From contig OZ237765.1 in the NCBI GenBank assembly GCA_965178125.1, positions 496,001-560,000 of the forward strand: DNA of 64,000 bases. The letters are read 5' to 3'. Made by a program: the position numbers and the translations under genes. The notes under the pieces were generated by a model that worked only from the letters and a program-made list of their open reading frames with translations, did not search any database and was not told the origin of the DNA. This stretch comes from Bilabrum cf. latius. Lineage: Eukaryota. Positions 13,567-27,667 of this stretch are shown here, piece by piece. Within the stretch, counting starts at the first letter, position 1, and each line of letters opens with the position of its first letter.

Positions 13567-15120
13567 ATGGCAGCTGTTGCCGGTGCTGATCCGGCAGGGC
13601 CCAGCAACTGTACAGTTAGTGCTGTGTCGTCCATGATCACGGATTCCAAGACGAGCGTTGTCCTTGCAGAGCAGCGGCTCGAGGATGGCGGGAAGCTGGG
13701 CGCGTTCTCGGTTGCCTGGGAGGACACGTCCCGTATTGCTGATAGTGTTTGGGGGCACAACATTACCGATATAACACTGAAAGTGAGAGTATACCCGCAC
13801 AATTCCACTGGGTTGGTGCCATTCTGGCTGTGTAGGCAATTTGCGGTCGAAGCTAGCAGATGCATGACCGCCTTCAAAGGGCAGAAGAATTGACCACGAT
13901 CCCCATAGCTGCCTCCTCTTTTTTACTTCTTCTATTTGCAGACCGTTGATTCTGATATTCGCCTGCCGATCATCCGGCGCAAAAACTACACGGACGTGAC
14001 AGCGGACCGCTCAATCGACAACTTCATGGTCAAAACAGGCCTTGAGAAGCTAGTTCCTGGAAGCACACACGACAAAATCGATGCCAGTAAAATCAAACTT
14101 GAAGAAACCGGTCTCTCCGATTTCCTGAACGATCTATCCGGTACATACGCCAAGGGCATCCCCGTGGAAGGCGACGGAGAGCTGGCCAAGACAGATGACC
14201 ATCCTGTGCTCCTCACAAGCATGTGTCCTTCCGGTTAAGGCAGGCGGGCACACGGACTTTGATATCAACGCCTTCAACTACCAGTCTCAGAGTCGTGATG
14301 CTGGCCCCGCATGCCTCGTCATCATCGCCGGTTCCAACGGCACCAGCGTGCACCTGACGCAACCAGGAGAAAGCCAACTGCACTTTCGGATCGGTGAGTC
14401 GCGCATGTTCAACTTTAGGGCAACGCGTCTGTCTGATGACAGAGCAGCGAAGGGTGAGGCCTCTGGTGCCCCGGCTACCACTGACGAGAAGGCGGACAGC
14501 TGCCTCTTTGTCTACCAGGTGCCGCTCAAGAACACTTTCGAGACCTGTGCTGGAGCAATGGAAATCTACGTCAAAACTCTGACCGGAACAATCATTGCGC
14601 TGTAGGTATCGTCGTCGGACACGATCGAGGATGTGAAGCAGCAGATCTGGTGCAAGGCGGGCACGTCTCCGGACCAGCAGCGCCTGATCTTCGCCGGGAG
14701 GACCCTGGAGGACGACCGTACGCTGGCGGACTACAACATCGAGAAGTGGAGCACTTTGCACCTTGTGCTGCGGCTGCGTGGAGGAGGAATGCCTGCTGAA
14801 ACGGAGATGGCGTAGCTCAAGATGCCAAGTGGCTGGACCGACCTCCTGCGCGTTGGAGAGGATTCGAGAGGGACTGGAGCATGCCCATCAGGTGCACTGT
14901 TTAGTACTACTACGCTGCCGACTCCGCCGATGTCACCCCCGAGCTCGGCAAGGAGATCGCGGATCGCCTGTCGCTGATCTACAACAACGCCAAGGCGGTG
15001 GGCTCGCTGGTGACAGGTGGAAAGGCGTCCCTGAGCCGCGACACGGCGACGTTAGACACTATGGCGGGTGTGATAGAAAAGGAAGCGGCCGAAAAGTCCA
15101 CCATAAAGGGGTTCTTCTGA
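13567..15120 (+). pseudogene. Conserved uncharacterised protein with an internal ubiquitin-like domain; two apparent frameshifts
   Basis: Exon 1 WEDTSR..WGHNITDITL; intron 13783-13941; Ub domain 14558-14785 ([26 protein letters not shown]); C-terminal ERD..PIRCTVxYY..VGSLVT ending TGA at 15118; frame changes near 14200 and 14795. Confidence 0.6.
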
Positions 15121-15379
15121 TTTGGACCGGTTTAGGGCTTGGTTCTGTAGTTCCACAAGGTGTACTAAACCCAGACAGACAAATGTAAACATCTTCTGCT
15201 ATATAGACGCGACGAATGTGAAATTCAAAATTTAATGTGTCGCAGCTTCAATTTCTTCATATTCTAGTGAAGTCGCACGCAGTTGCACTTGACTCGATCC
15301 GGATCTTCCAGCGCGTCACCGATGCTGGTTCAAGCTCTGAGAAGGTACTTTTTCGTCGACTTTGCGTGGGTCCCACCTG

Positions 15380-18300
15380 ATGTGGCCATTGCGTTCGGCC
15401 GGTGCAGTCGCAGCGCTTACTGCAGGTATTGCTTTGTCGGTAAGAAGCCACAGCGAAGAGCCCTCTACAAAAAGAGCCGAAGCATGTCCAGCACACAGCG
15501 AGCCAATTGTGCTTTCCGAGAGTTTCCATATTCAATTTATCTAATTTTGCAGGCAGAGCTGACGGTGCACTGGGTGCCACATTCTCACGACGATGTCGGG
15601 TGGCTCCAAACGACGACCTCCCTGCATCGACAGAACGTGTCACACATCATTGATGGAGTGCTTGGACAGCTTACGGATGAGGCCGATCCGGGTGGAATCC
15701 GGCGGTTCTCTTGGGAAGAAGTTGCTTGGCTGCGATTCTGGTGGATGACGGCGACTGAGTCCCAGAAGCAAGCCATGCGAGCTGCGCAAAGGAGTGGCAG
15801 GCTCGGATTCTACGACTCTGGAATAACGCAGCACGACAACGCGTGCCCTGACATGGATTCTATGATTTCAAACTGGGAGGCGGGCTGGCGCGTGCTTAAC
15901 TTCACGGTCGGCAGAAGCGCTCTCCCTCGCACAGCCGCGTCGCTCGACCCGTTCGGGCTGTCTGCAAGCAACGGCGCCTTGCTTCGGTAGGCGGGCATGC
16001 AGGACTGGGTGTTTTGGAGGATGCCCCGGCAGGATAGGGAGAGGCTGGGGAACATGAGCGCCCTCGATTTCGAGTGGAGGCCCAGCTCAAGCGTGCCAGC
16101 CGTTGGGGGAGTGCTGGTGCATGAGACCTGGCTCAGCTACTGCATCCCTCACGACTTTGAGTTCGGGCAACCTGGGGTGAGCATCCCTTCCTCTCCTGCA
16201 GACTTTCAAAAGCTAGCGACTGAGCTAAAAGGCATGATCGCCGAGCGAGCGCCGACCTATCCCACCGACAACCTGATGTTCCTGGACGGCTGCGACTACC
16301 ACTTCCAGCACGCACAAGCCAACTACGACTCGGGACAGAAAGTGCTGGAGCTGCTCAATGGCACCAGCGTCACCATTCCGGGCCGGGGCGACGTCACGCT
16401 CGTCACACGGTTCTCGACCGCGGAGGAGTACTTTTCCGCGGTGCGGCGAGACTCCACCGGTGGGTCGGCGGCCGTTCCGTCCTCCAGCTCGGCTGTGGCA
16501 GCAACCGGTTCAAGTGATACCGCCACCGATGAAGCCGCTGTGCAGCTGCACGTGAAGCAGGACGGGGGAGACTTTTTCACCTACAGTTAGAACTACGGCG
16601 ATCCATGGTGGGCTGGGTACTTTGTGTCCAGGCCGCTGCTCAAGCAGAGGGAGCGGCGTGTGACGAGTGCTGTTCGGGCCGCCGGGATCGCGCGTGCGAC
16701 CGTTGGGCTGGCGCGCGGCGCCGCAGCGGAACCGGAAGACTGGGAGGACGCCCAGGCTGCTGCCGCCATCCTTACCCACCACGATGCCATCACAGGCACG
16801 GCATGTGCGGCAGAGGAAGGGTGCACAGGCAAGCAGGAGATGTCCGGCGCGCACGACGTGGTGTCGGACTACCACAGGATCCTGGATGCTGCGGGTGCCA
16901 CGGCCTCTTCCCAGCTTGCCGCCGCTCTGGGCGCCGGGCCAACCGCAGCCGAGTCGCTGCAGGAGGTGGCGAAAGCCGCGGCGGCGGGTGACGTCAACGC
17001 GGCAACTCTGGCAGCGGGTCACCTTGCAAGGTCGCGGGCAGCGTGGTCGTACTGGTCGCAAGCCATGAACGATAGAGGGTACGCTGGATCTCCCGCCACG
17101 GACCCCAGGCAGCTTGCAGCGGTGCTCGAGGCCGGTCTGCCGGGCTACCTGACCGTTTTCAACCCGTCAGGCGGGGCTAGAACGGACGCGCTGTACGTGC
17201 CCATGTCCGTATGTGACGCGGACGTGGAGCTCGTCGGGGGCTCCATGATCGGATCAAAGATCGGATCAGTGCCCGTGTTCGAGATCAAGGCCCAGACGTG
17301 GATCAACGACCTCAGCCCGTATTCGTTCATCCTGACCCTGCACGTGCAGCACATCCCGCCGCTGGGCACCGCCGTTTACAAGATCACGCCGCACGTTGAA
17401 CGCTGCACCGCCGCGCAGCTGGACCTCGACCAGCACGAGGTTCTGCAGGGGGCGAACGGGCTCTAGGTCAGGGCAGGGACACCTGAGCCTCCTCCCATTC
17501 CCAAGCGTACCATTGAGAGGATCGAGAACGGCTGGATCGCGGTGGACATCGATACGTGGACAGGACCCGCGTCCTGGATCGACAAGACCACGGGTAGGAA
17601 GACCAGCTTCACGCATGGACTCGTCTGCAGGCCCGCACACGGTGACGCGTACGCTATCAACCGGACGCACGGAGGTGATGAGTCGTGCGACGGTCACGCG
17701 GCGGGACAGGCTCCGTACCAGGTGAGCGTGCACCGGGGAACAGCCACACAGGAGGTCAGGATCCGTTACACCGATTCATTCGCGGTGTTCTACAGGCTAC
17801 ACGTGGGACCGACTGCCAATGCGTCGGCGGGACTCGGTGCCATGCTGCACGTCGAGGGCAGGCTCGGGGTGCTGCCCCCTGGAAGCGACGTGTCGTCAAG
17901 GTTTGACGTCGGCATCGACAACAGCCTGCCGCCAAGGATGTCCGGCCAGCACTGCATCGGATGCGGCGACCGTGCGGCAGATGGTACTAGCTACGACTGG
18001 GCGCAAGAGAGCTCGGCACTCCGCGGATCCGGAATCGAATCCCATGGCGCCACGAGTGCCCCTTGGATGTACGGGGCCCAGAACGGGTATGAGGTGGTGG
18101 GCCGGCGCTGGAACGGCTCCCTAGTCATGCCTGGGGACGGCAACATGTTCCCCGTACAGGCTGACGTGTTCCTCAGGGGCAACTGGGCCGGAGAACAATT
18201 GAAGTGTGACGAGTGCGGCCGGGCCCAGGCAGGCGCACCGCCCCCGTTCCCGGTGCCGTGGCTGGACGGCTCCCAGGCCCAGCTGACGGTGGTCGTGGAC

Positions 18301-18963
18301 AGATCGCACGCCGCGGGGATGACCAACACTCTCGGGAGGCTTGAACTGCTGCACCACCGCCGCACCCAGGACCACGCCATCAACCCTGCCATCGTGTTGG
18401 ACGACACCTCGCGGGTCATGGCACGTCTCATGGTGGCGTTGGGTGAGGCCGGGGCGGCCAACCGCCAGAGACACGCACTATGGGAGAGGAGCCGGGACCC
18501 ACTTTCCATCGTGTACAGCAATGCAGCGCCCGAGGGACTCGGATTAGGTGCAGTGCGTGGTGGTGCAGTTGAACTCCCCGAGCAAGTTCGGCTGTAGGCC
18601 ATGCACGTGATGTCAGACGGCCAGCGGTGGTCCTCGCCGGACTAGAAAGATACAGGCAGCGGTTCTATGAGGACTGCAATGGCCGGCCCAGCTAGGCTAC
18701 TTATCCGGCTGCAGCACAGGTACGCTGCCTAGGAGGACGCTGATTTGAGCAAGCCGGTTCAGGTGGACCTGTCGCAGTTCGTGGAGGCTGCCACGGGGGG
18801 AGCGGTGGGTGGAATTGCATGCGAGCAGACAACCCTGACGGGTCACTTGCCCGCGATTGGTCTTGGGGAGGGTAGGCGTGTGGTGCGCCCGTCGGCAGCG
18901 GCGTGTAACGTGACGCTCGGTCCGCTGTCCATCGCAACTGTCGTGGCGCATCCGCTCCCGTGA
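15380..18963 (+). CDS. GH38 lysosomal-type alpha-mannosidase, 2 exons (intron 15440-15552)
   Basis: Signal peptide; VPHSHDDVGW, DPFG, DFFTY..WAGYFVSRP, HHDAITGT, LELLHHRR, LIRLQH; six in-frame TAGs (15988, 16588, 17464, 18595, 18643, 18730); TGA stop. Confidence 0.9.
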
Positions 18964-19423
18964 TCTCTGAAAAAATGGAGTGTTATGGGACTATGGTTGT
19001 ATGGATCGCTCGCACTACTTTCAATAGGCCTGGACTAACCCCTAACGGCGCTCGTTGCCATCGCCAGCGGGTTCGTTGTGATCCTGCTGCTGTGGTCCAC
19101 CGGTCGACGCACAGCAACCAGATAGAATAGCGTCAATCTCGGCAATGCCGCGCATCTCATAAAGCAAATCACAATTACCATCAAGCCTTTACAGATTGCG
19201 ACCCTGCCACGTACCCTATCTGGTTGAGTTGGAGGGAAATTGGCACTCATCACCGAATTCGCCGCTCCTGCTCCTCAGAATGCACAAAGATTTGCGGTCG
19301 AAATAGTGGGAGATAGCAACAATCATCAATTGCAACGATTTTGGTAGGTATATGGGCATAAAGCTGACGTGAAGGCTCGCCAAACAGCGAGATAGGCGAA
19401 CCTTGATGTGGAGGGGCCGACCC

Positions 19424-22400
19424 ATGAACCCTGGTCATTTTGTTGCGCTTGCAGGTCTTCTTGCTGCGGAAACGTTATCCGTCAACATTGGAGAAGCAAT
19501 CCTAAATGCGGGACCTCAGGTAACAGTGGCGTTGGGGGTTTCAGCCTTCCAAAATATGACGGTGTGCAACGGTGAGCGGTTGAACTCGATCGCCCTGCAT
19601 CGACACTCCACTGTATCACGTTAGACACGGAATCAGCTAGATCGTTCTCCGCAGGTTCTTGAGTAGCCACATCTGACCCATCAGCTATCGGCATCGGGCT
19701 GTCGGCATCGCGCCAGCGCCGGATCCTGCGTTGGGATGAACCAGTCGATCGAGAACGCGATGATGTAGCGTCGACATCATGCCGGCTCGCGCAGCTTCCG
19801 TTCCAGCCCATATTTTTGCGGCCCTCGTATAATCCAACGGCCCACTGGCGGTGGCCTATTGGGCCTGGAGGCCTACCCCCCTCAAGCATGGTACCACTGG
19901 CAAGCGAGCACCGTTTTGAAGGGGGTACGTACACGGAGAGCCCTTTGCCCCGACGCACCGTCCCGGCCCTGCGATCTGCATCAGGAGGAAACGTACCAGC
20001 GGCCATGTCTCCGCAAGAGCCTGCGTACGGCTCTGGACAACCCGGCTCTCGGTCGGCTCTCCTCCCGCCCACTCGTTCGATCGAGCCGTGGACCACAGAG
20101 GAATGGATCATTGGCTATAACAACCCGACGAGCAGCGTCCAAGACACGGTAGGATCCCTCCTCATGGGATCCTACGGCAGGTACTGGGGGGACGCTCGCT
20201 TCGGCGAGGAAGGCCAGCCGTGGATGCCGATCCCCTTTGACAGTAACCAGGGCTGGCCTTTTGACACGACAGGACACGGTACGCAGGCCCACAACGCGCG
20301 CAACCTGGTCAACGTCTGGGACATGTCGGCAACATCTCTCACACCAATGATCCGGTGCCCCAGGCCGGTGCTCAGCGAGGCATGCACCCCCATGGACGTG
20401 CCCATCGCACCCAACGACACGTGCAGGCAGGCCATGGCCTGGCGAGAGCCGATCAATGTGACGAGTGCGGAAGAGTGCTTGCTGCGACCCGCACAGCCCC
20501 ATCTGTCCAATTTAAGTGCCTTCCGTGCCGACTTGAAGTCGATCGAGGACCAGCAGGTGGTTGGCATTAGCCTGGCATTGCCCACCCCGCCAGGTACAAC
20601 CACGTTTCCCTACAGCATCGGCGGTGGTGGAATATACAACCGATGGCACCAGCTCCTCACCATCACATACCCTCCCGGCACTGTGGCTGAGATGCCGTTG
20701 ACCCCAAGCGCGACCCACGACACGGGCCACAGCACAGAGGAGTACCCATGGAGGGTGAACAGGCGGCACGTGGTGCAGACCATCTGGGACGTTCCTTCCA
20801 TTCTGCGAGACATCCGTGACTTGCAGCAGCAGCAGCTGTCAAATGAAGGCACCGGTCATGGCATCGACATGTCCACCGGATCGATGAGCTGTGCCACATG
20901 GCAAGCGGGAGAGGGTTCTTCCCAACGATTCACGCCGGAGGGGTACCCCTATGTCCAGGCGGCCGGCGTGTTGCTGGACGATCCATCATGCGTGCAAGCT
21001 CGGAATTGCTCCCCCACGATTCCTTCCAATGTATCAATCGGTTCCAAGGAACAGTTTGGCGAGATCCTCAGATGGATTCGGACGACCTCCCAGGCTCTGC
21101 CGGTGGGTGCCCAGATGCCCCGCTTTGGCTGCTCGCTGGGATACTACGTAAACGTAACGATGAACGGGCCCGTATTGAGCCCAAGAGTGGATTGGGACGT
21201 TGATCTGCTGCATATGGATTACCCAGCCGCAGCATCAACGCGTGCCGCTGCCGTCGGTGGACAGCTGAACACAGCAATCATGGGCCGTTCTCATGCCGCG
21301 TAGCCGAACGCAACAGTCCAAGGCCTAGTTCTGCACGACTCGAGTCAGGGCCGTTCTGGTCCAGCTGTTCCAGCCCCTAATCCGAGCAAACCCTGGCCCC
21401 CTCTCTTGAGCCCCATCCCAATCCAGGGACCCAAAGCTAGGTACAGGGGTGCTGCCCTGTGGAGGTTAGTGGCAGATTCACCGTCGAGATCTCTGCCGCC
21501 AATTAAGGGAGGTAGGTGGACGTGCGGCAGCACCACCTCGATCGGGTCTTTCTTCATGCGACCCGTGTGTCGCGCCACCTGCAGCGATCCATCGCTGCTT
21601 GCAGTGGACATTGACCTGGAAAAAGCGAAATCGGTAGAGCCCTCAAGGCGAGGATACGCAGGTTTGGCGTCGCTCGCCAGGCCCTGGCTTTCGCGCTGGG
21701 GAGGGCATCCAGCTCTGGCACAGAGCCAGAGCGTGGTGCCGCGGGCTGACAGACAGCCAGCGGGACTGCAGGCATCGTTTGGCGGCTGGAAGACGCAGGC
21801 AGGCTGGCACATGCCTCGGTACAGCGTTGGTGGCAAGCCTGTCGGCGCTGCAATGCAATGCATTCGCGACGTTGGGACTGATTTCGGCTGGACTAAATCC
21901 CGATGGGTGCAGCGCGAGCCCACCAGTCACGCCACGGTCTAGTTCACGCTTTGGTTCGATCGAAATCAGTGGCCTGCCAGCTACTTAGCCCACCAGGACT
22001 AGACCACTGGCCCGGGTTTGACATACCCCGTCCCTTCTCCGCAGCAAGTACAGCGTTTGCGGGCCGAAGTGCGGGCTGATGTCATGGACGTGCTAGGGGA
22101 ATGGAATCCTAGCCTTCGCGGTGTTTTAGCCGGCGAAAAGGGGAGGCTGTTGCCTGATTGGGAGGCCTGGGAGCTCGGCAATGCACCATCCAACGCGAGA
22201 CGGGCGCACTGCAACAACGCAACGTTGCTTGATAATCGCTTGATTCAAGTAGAGGTGCTGCAGGTGCGAGCGCCAGATGTCGAACGCACTGCAATTGACC
22301 CGTCCAGGCAGCAGCATATTTTGCCAGTGCCACCCCAGGATGCCCCCTACATCCCAATGGAGATCGACGTGCGAGTGGTATTCTAGCAATTGCCTTCGGT

Positions 22401-24522
22401 GCTGTACCACATGAACGGTTCTGACAGCACCTAGCGGGGCAGATCTGCGGGCACGCTGGCCCAGCAGCTGGGAGCGATCCTGAGGGGGGAGAGGCCGGGG
22501 GCGGAGGGAGGCGCCTGGCTGCCTGCTGCCGCGCCTGATAGCGTCAATGTAGCCGTTGAGCTGCCGTGCCTGAGCGGTGGGATCGGCTCCAGTGCGACAG
22601 CATGCGGGTATTCGGCGGGGCGTGCACTGCATGCGCCGCTCGCGGTGGTACAATGGGTCCTGCTTGCCGGCTGTGCGGCTGCCGCTGCCGGAACGTTTGT
22701 AGCACGCTCTCGGCTGTGCAGCGATGGGGATTTGACTGATCAGGACGACTTTCAGAGAGACGCTGTCCGTCACCTGCTATCGACCGGGGATGAATGCGGC
22801 ATGGATGATTCAGCAAGCGCCCTCTTGCTGTCGGATCCTGGTGACGAGCTGCCTGTCGCGCTCGTGCCTGTCCCAGTCTCGCCTGTCAGCACGCAGCGCC
22901 GCTTCTTACGCGGCAATGGCTCGCTAGACGAAGTCAGCAGAGTCGATTCGCAACAATCATCGTCCGGCTCAAACAGCCTTTCTTAGCCTTCAAAGCACCC
23001 GCAAGTGCAACCTCAAACTGGTATGCATGCTGATCCCGCTGCAGCTCTCACGGGGGTTCGTGTAGATGCATCAACTGGCAGGTCGATGGAGCGCGGGCAC
23101 GACTTGGACCTGAGCTTGCCTACCTCATCGTCATCAAATGCGGATGAACTTCGCCTCCAGACCTTGACGCACATGAGTACCGCTGGGGGGAGCCAACCAG
23201 ATGGCTCCGATAGACATGGTGCGCGCGGTCAACTGTCCTCCAGTTCTGGCATGGTTGGTGTGGTTTCGCAAGGGTTCACTTGTTGTTGCCTTTCAAATGA
23301 GTCTGTTGACATTCTGATTAGCATTGGTAGCTTGTGGAGGATGTTTCAGTACTGGGTCTTGGCTGCTGCGTTGTCTACAGCGCGGCTGGACCTGCCTGCC
23401 ACTTTGCTGTTCACGGCACTCTCTGCTGCACTGATTGCAAGGGCACTGGTCATGGTGGCTGGCGAATGGATACTACCTTGTGGGCACGTAACAATCGGCG
23501 CGTTCTGTGGGGATGCACTTGTAGACAACCGAAACAGCAGGACGTGCTGCAGAACGGTGCGAAAGTCAGCTGTGTCGACTAGTCGTGGAGCACATGCTGA
23601 CCTTGTGACCCTCCCGAGCGAGCATTGCAACTCTATCCAGGAGGGTGCCGGGGCAGAAAACGTCCACAGCGAGGGATACGCTTCTGGTCCATACTTAAAT
23701 GGGGTGAAAGAGAGCGGAGGCAGCGTCGTGCCGGCTGCGGACATCGGTGGTACATCTGGTTCTGCGAAGACGCCGGCAAGCCTGCATCGTTTGCGGCGAC
23801 AGAGTGATGGGAGCGGAGCCCTCTGCGAAGACATTAAAGCAAGTAATCGTTGGCCAGGACATACTGGCATACCGCAAAGCATCAATGGCGACGCATCTGC
23901 GGCAGCTGGTGTCCTGCGTTCCAGCACGTGCGACAACCACCGTGGAACATTCGATACAAGTCAAATAACCCGGTCTGGACACCATGATGCACTACAGTCG
24001 AGGGTTGAGTCCACCGTGGACGATAGAACTATGATTGCAAAGCGAACGATCCATGTCTCTGGCCTGGTTGACTCGCTGACGCCAGGATACATTGTTCTGC
24101 TTCGAGCCTTGCAGACGCTGCAATGGGACACGCAGAGGTTGGCGCTGGTTGGCCTTGGGTCATGGTCTGCGCCGATTCACTCTGCGCTCCAAGGCAAAAT
24201 CATCGATGGGCTGAGGAGCCGTGTTGCTCTGGTGGGGGCCTACCACCGCGTGTGGGAGGATAGCTTTGTGCTTGCGTGCGTGGCGTGGGGACTGGCATGC
24301 ACCATCGGAGCCTGTAAAGCAGGAGCCTGCCTTGGTACGTTAGATCGGTTGTCGGTGAGAGGACATGAGATGTCATTCCGACGAACGAATTAGGCGCTGT
24401 ACTTCTAGCAAAGGCTTGTAGTGGCAGGGCTGCCGGCCGTCCTGTCGCTGGCTGGAGCTGTCATATCAGGATCTCTTGCCGTGTGGACGATGTGCAAAGT
24501 CCGATTGCAAAGGGCCGGCTAA
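19424..24522 (+). CDS. Large uncharacterised membrane protein (signal peptide, long ectodomain, C-terminal hydrophobic segments); 5' structure uncertain
   Basis: Frame 19663-24522 is interrupted only by 8 TAGs and closes at TAA 24520-24522. Confidence 0.6.
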
Positions 24523-24613
24523 TCTCCGCAAATCGTGATAGAGCAATTTAGGGGCTACGTTGTTGGTTTGGACTGCGCAGCCTTCGGTCAAAAAATATAG
24601 ATAGTCGATACTT

Positions 24614-27600
24614 TCAGTGCGCACCTGCCTGTAGTAGAACGCTGACACACTCCTGGTGATCGCCGTCCCTAGCAGCATCCAACGGGGTCTTTTCTACTCC
24701 GTCCACCATTCGTACGCGATCAATACCGCCTGCCAATCTTCCGAGTCGCAGTCGTTTGGCCAGCTCGAGCGGCCGACCCTCGCGTGCCGCCTTAAATACT
24801 AGGGCAGCGTCCCTGTGCGCGTCGCGTGCCCGTCGCCACAGCAGCACCCGAGCAAAGCAGTGCGACCCTTTCGCTTGATGCAGCCGCGTGATTCTTTCTT
24901 GAAGACCGGGTGTGCTTGCGTCAACCACCCCCGGCTAGTTTGCCTTTTCGAAAGCGAGTGTGATAAGCCGCATCGCCAGTTGCCTTGGTAGGCAACCGAG
25001 CCCGTCGTGTGACCCGAAACCACGTTTCTTCCTTGCCCATACTTCTGCCTCCGCGTACGGCGTACCGGTTTCAACCACACTAGTATAGGACTCGGCATTA
25101 GGGATAGCCGACCAGCGGCTGCCCATCTCGGACGTGTAGAGAAGCAGTTGTCTTGCACCTCGATCATCCACGAGAGCTTGCACCAGCAGATCGATTTCAT
25201 GTCGTCCAGGTGGCCGTGAAGCTGACTCGAACGCTCTCTACGTGTAAGATGCAACCCGATCGGCAGGTAGGCGCTCGCCTTGTTGGATGAGGCGAAGCAT
25301 GCATGCAGCCCGAGCTGGGCTTGGCAAGCTTAAAGCTGAGCTGAGACACATGCCCCTCTGCTTCATCACTGACTGGCCTGCTTCAGCAGCGCAGTGTCGC
25401 TCATGGGTGACATCGGCTTCATCCAGCCAGCCTATAGCCTTTTCCAGACGAGAGTATTGACAGCCAGACCCGGATACTTCGCATCGTTCGGATTGCCAAG
25501 GCAAACCCAAGCAGAGCATTGACGGGTGCTTTCTCCACACGCTAGTCTCCAAAGATTGCCTGTCGTCCAGAGATTGCCTGCGGTGTGGCGACCAAACAGA
25601 ACTCATTCTACCAATCGTGAAACTCAAAAGTGAGCAGTTCTTTGGTATCGCACGCTACCACGATAAGGTAGGGTAGTCCACTCGCATGCCTGTGCTGATG
25701 TCAAGGTGCCGAATTGCTTGGTTTGTTTCAACCACTTGAGCAAATTGCGCATGTCCTGCCGCCGACAGGCCGCAATTGGCGAGATTCAGGCGGGTCAGAG
25801 AGGCGTTGCAGCGCGCAGTCACTTTCCCGGCTTGTTCGGGGGGATTTGGCGGTGGCCACATGAGTGCACGTGCGATAGCAACACCACCTGCATCGTGCAG
25901 ATTCTGCGAGTCCTACAGATCTAGCTCTTCGATGACATCACTGCGCCGAAGCAGGCCCGCGATGATCCTACCTTCCGACTCTGCTACCCCTTTCATGCGC
26001 AGCACTCGCAGCTGCTTTGGGAGCATGTCCTCGATTGCAGCATCAAATACGCCCAAAGACCAGCCCATGAGGTTGAAAGAGAGGGAGAGAGCCTGCAGCT
26101 GGCTGTCCAGCTGGAACACCAATGGTATGCTATTGCCAGGGTTCGATACGCCGTCTCCCACCCATCCCACGACTGCAAGCTTTTCCAGTGACTGGCACTA
26201 CCACAGCCGGGTACAAATATACTCGTTAGTGCTAGTGTCGCGAATTGCCCTGCAAAAGGCAGTGTCCACGACCAACTCTCTCAAGCCAGTGACCTGCTGG
26301 CTGTCTGATGGCCTACCTGACGAAACGCCTGTGGCAACACACTTCTCACTAGTCTTGGTCACAGTAGCCTAGCTTGGACTGCCTGCATACACCTCTGGTG
26401 GGCCGACCAGGTCTAGCACGGCTCGAGTGGTCTTTTCGCCTAATTCGCAGCGTATGAAGTTGATGCGCCGCAGCTGCCTTCGTCGATCCAGATGTGTCGA
26501 GTTTGCGCCCGCGAGCGCCTGGATCACAGCACCAAAGTATGCATCCTCTGCAGAGATGTACAGACACTCAACAGCAGACAGATTCGTGAAAGCTCCTTCT
26601 CTCCCAGCCTGCACCACGCATCTGACCAGACCTTCGCCGAGCTTGACCGCTTGAAGGTGCAGTGACTAGAACGAGAATGGGGGCGGTTGATGGGGCGTTT
26701 CTGCCTGGACCATGGACCAGTCGTCTTTACCTGTGGCTGCACCTGCATGCGAATGTTTTGAGTACCCATCACTGCTGCTGGCTCCAGGTTGGGGGCCACT
26801 GCCCCCCTTGGCACAGCCGGCTTGTGCTTCCGCAAGTGACCATGGAGGCTTGGCGTGACTCACGAAAAACGCAGCCAGAATGTCAGACTGAGATATTTTC
26901 GGTTGATCATCCTATCGAACTAAAGCAAACATGCTATCAAGATCCCCGGTGGACTCATACGGCCATATAGTAGTGTCTTGCTCGCTCAGACGAGCTGGTT
27001 CTGGCTCTCGGTAGCACCCGATGTCGTTCAGACACAAGTCTTTCAGCTAACTACAACTACGTACCGCAAGCCCTACTCGGTGCATGGCGTACTACACATC
27101 GTAGTCATCTGATTGTACATAAAGCTGGACGAGCGCTAGCTCCCGAAGGCCTTGCGAATGCCTGCGAACCATATCAGCGAGGAGCTGCAACGCTCCGACG
27201 TCCAGAGATAGCCCACTGAGGTGCAGCCCTCGTAAAGATTCTTCATCGAAGGATCGCACTTTAGCGATTGATTTGATGAGGTCGTGTGATGCTTCAAGCG
27301 ATGCTAGATCATGGGACATGTAATGTAGGCTTCTGAGGCCGGAGATCCTCGCGAGCAGCCTAGCAAAGGACTTGGCGTATGCACTCGAGTTCGCACTTAT
27401 ACATATAGAAATCGATGCAATTCTGTATAGCTAGCGCTGTTCTGCATTCGCTACGGCTTCTAAGAGCGCCTGGCCTCTTTCTCCGTCTTCGGACGTATCA
27501 ACGATCCGCAGGCTTCGAATAGCATGCGCCCCAGAGGCCAGCTGAGCAATGTGCACAGGTGATGCATCAAGCAAAGTCATCCGTGTCACGGCGTCATTGA

Positions 27601-27667
27601 TATGAATCTCAACGAGGTCGACATCTGTGACCGAGTATCTGTGTTTCACAGCCTCAAGCTCCACCAT
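24614..27667 (-). CDS. 1017-aa RNI-like LRR protein with ankyrin-like C-terminus; divergent paralogue of the cassette LRR gene
   Basis: Single frame with 11 TAG and no TAA/TGA; LRR motifs; C-terminal AAREGRPLELAKRLR..TPLDAARDGDHQECVSVLLQAGA. Confidence 0.8.
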
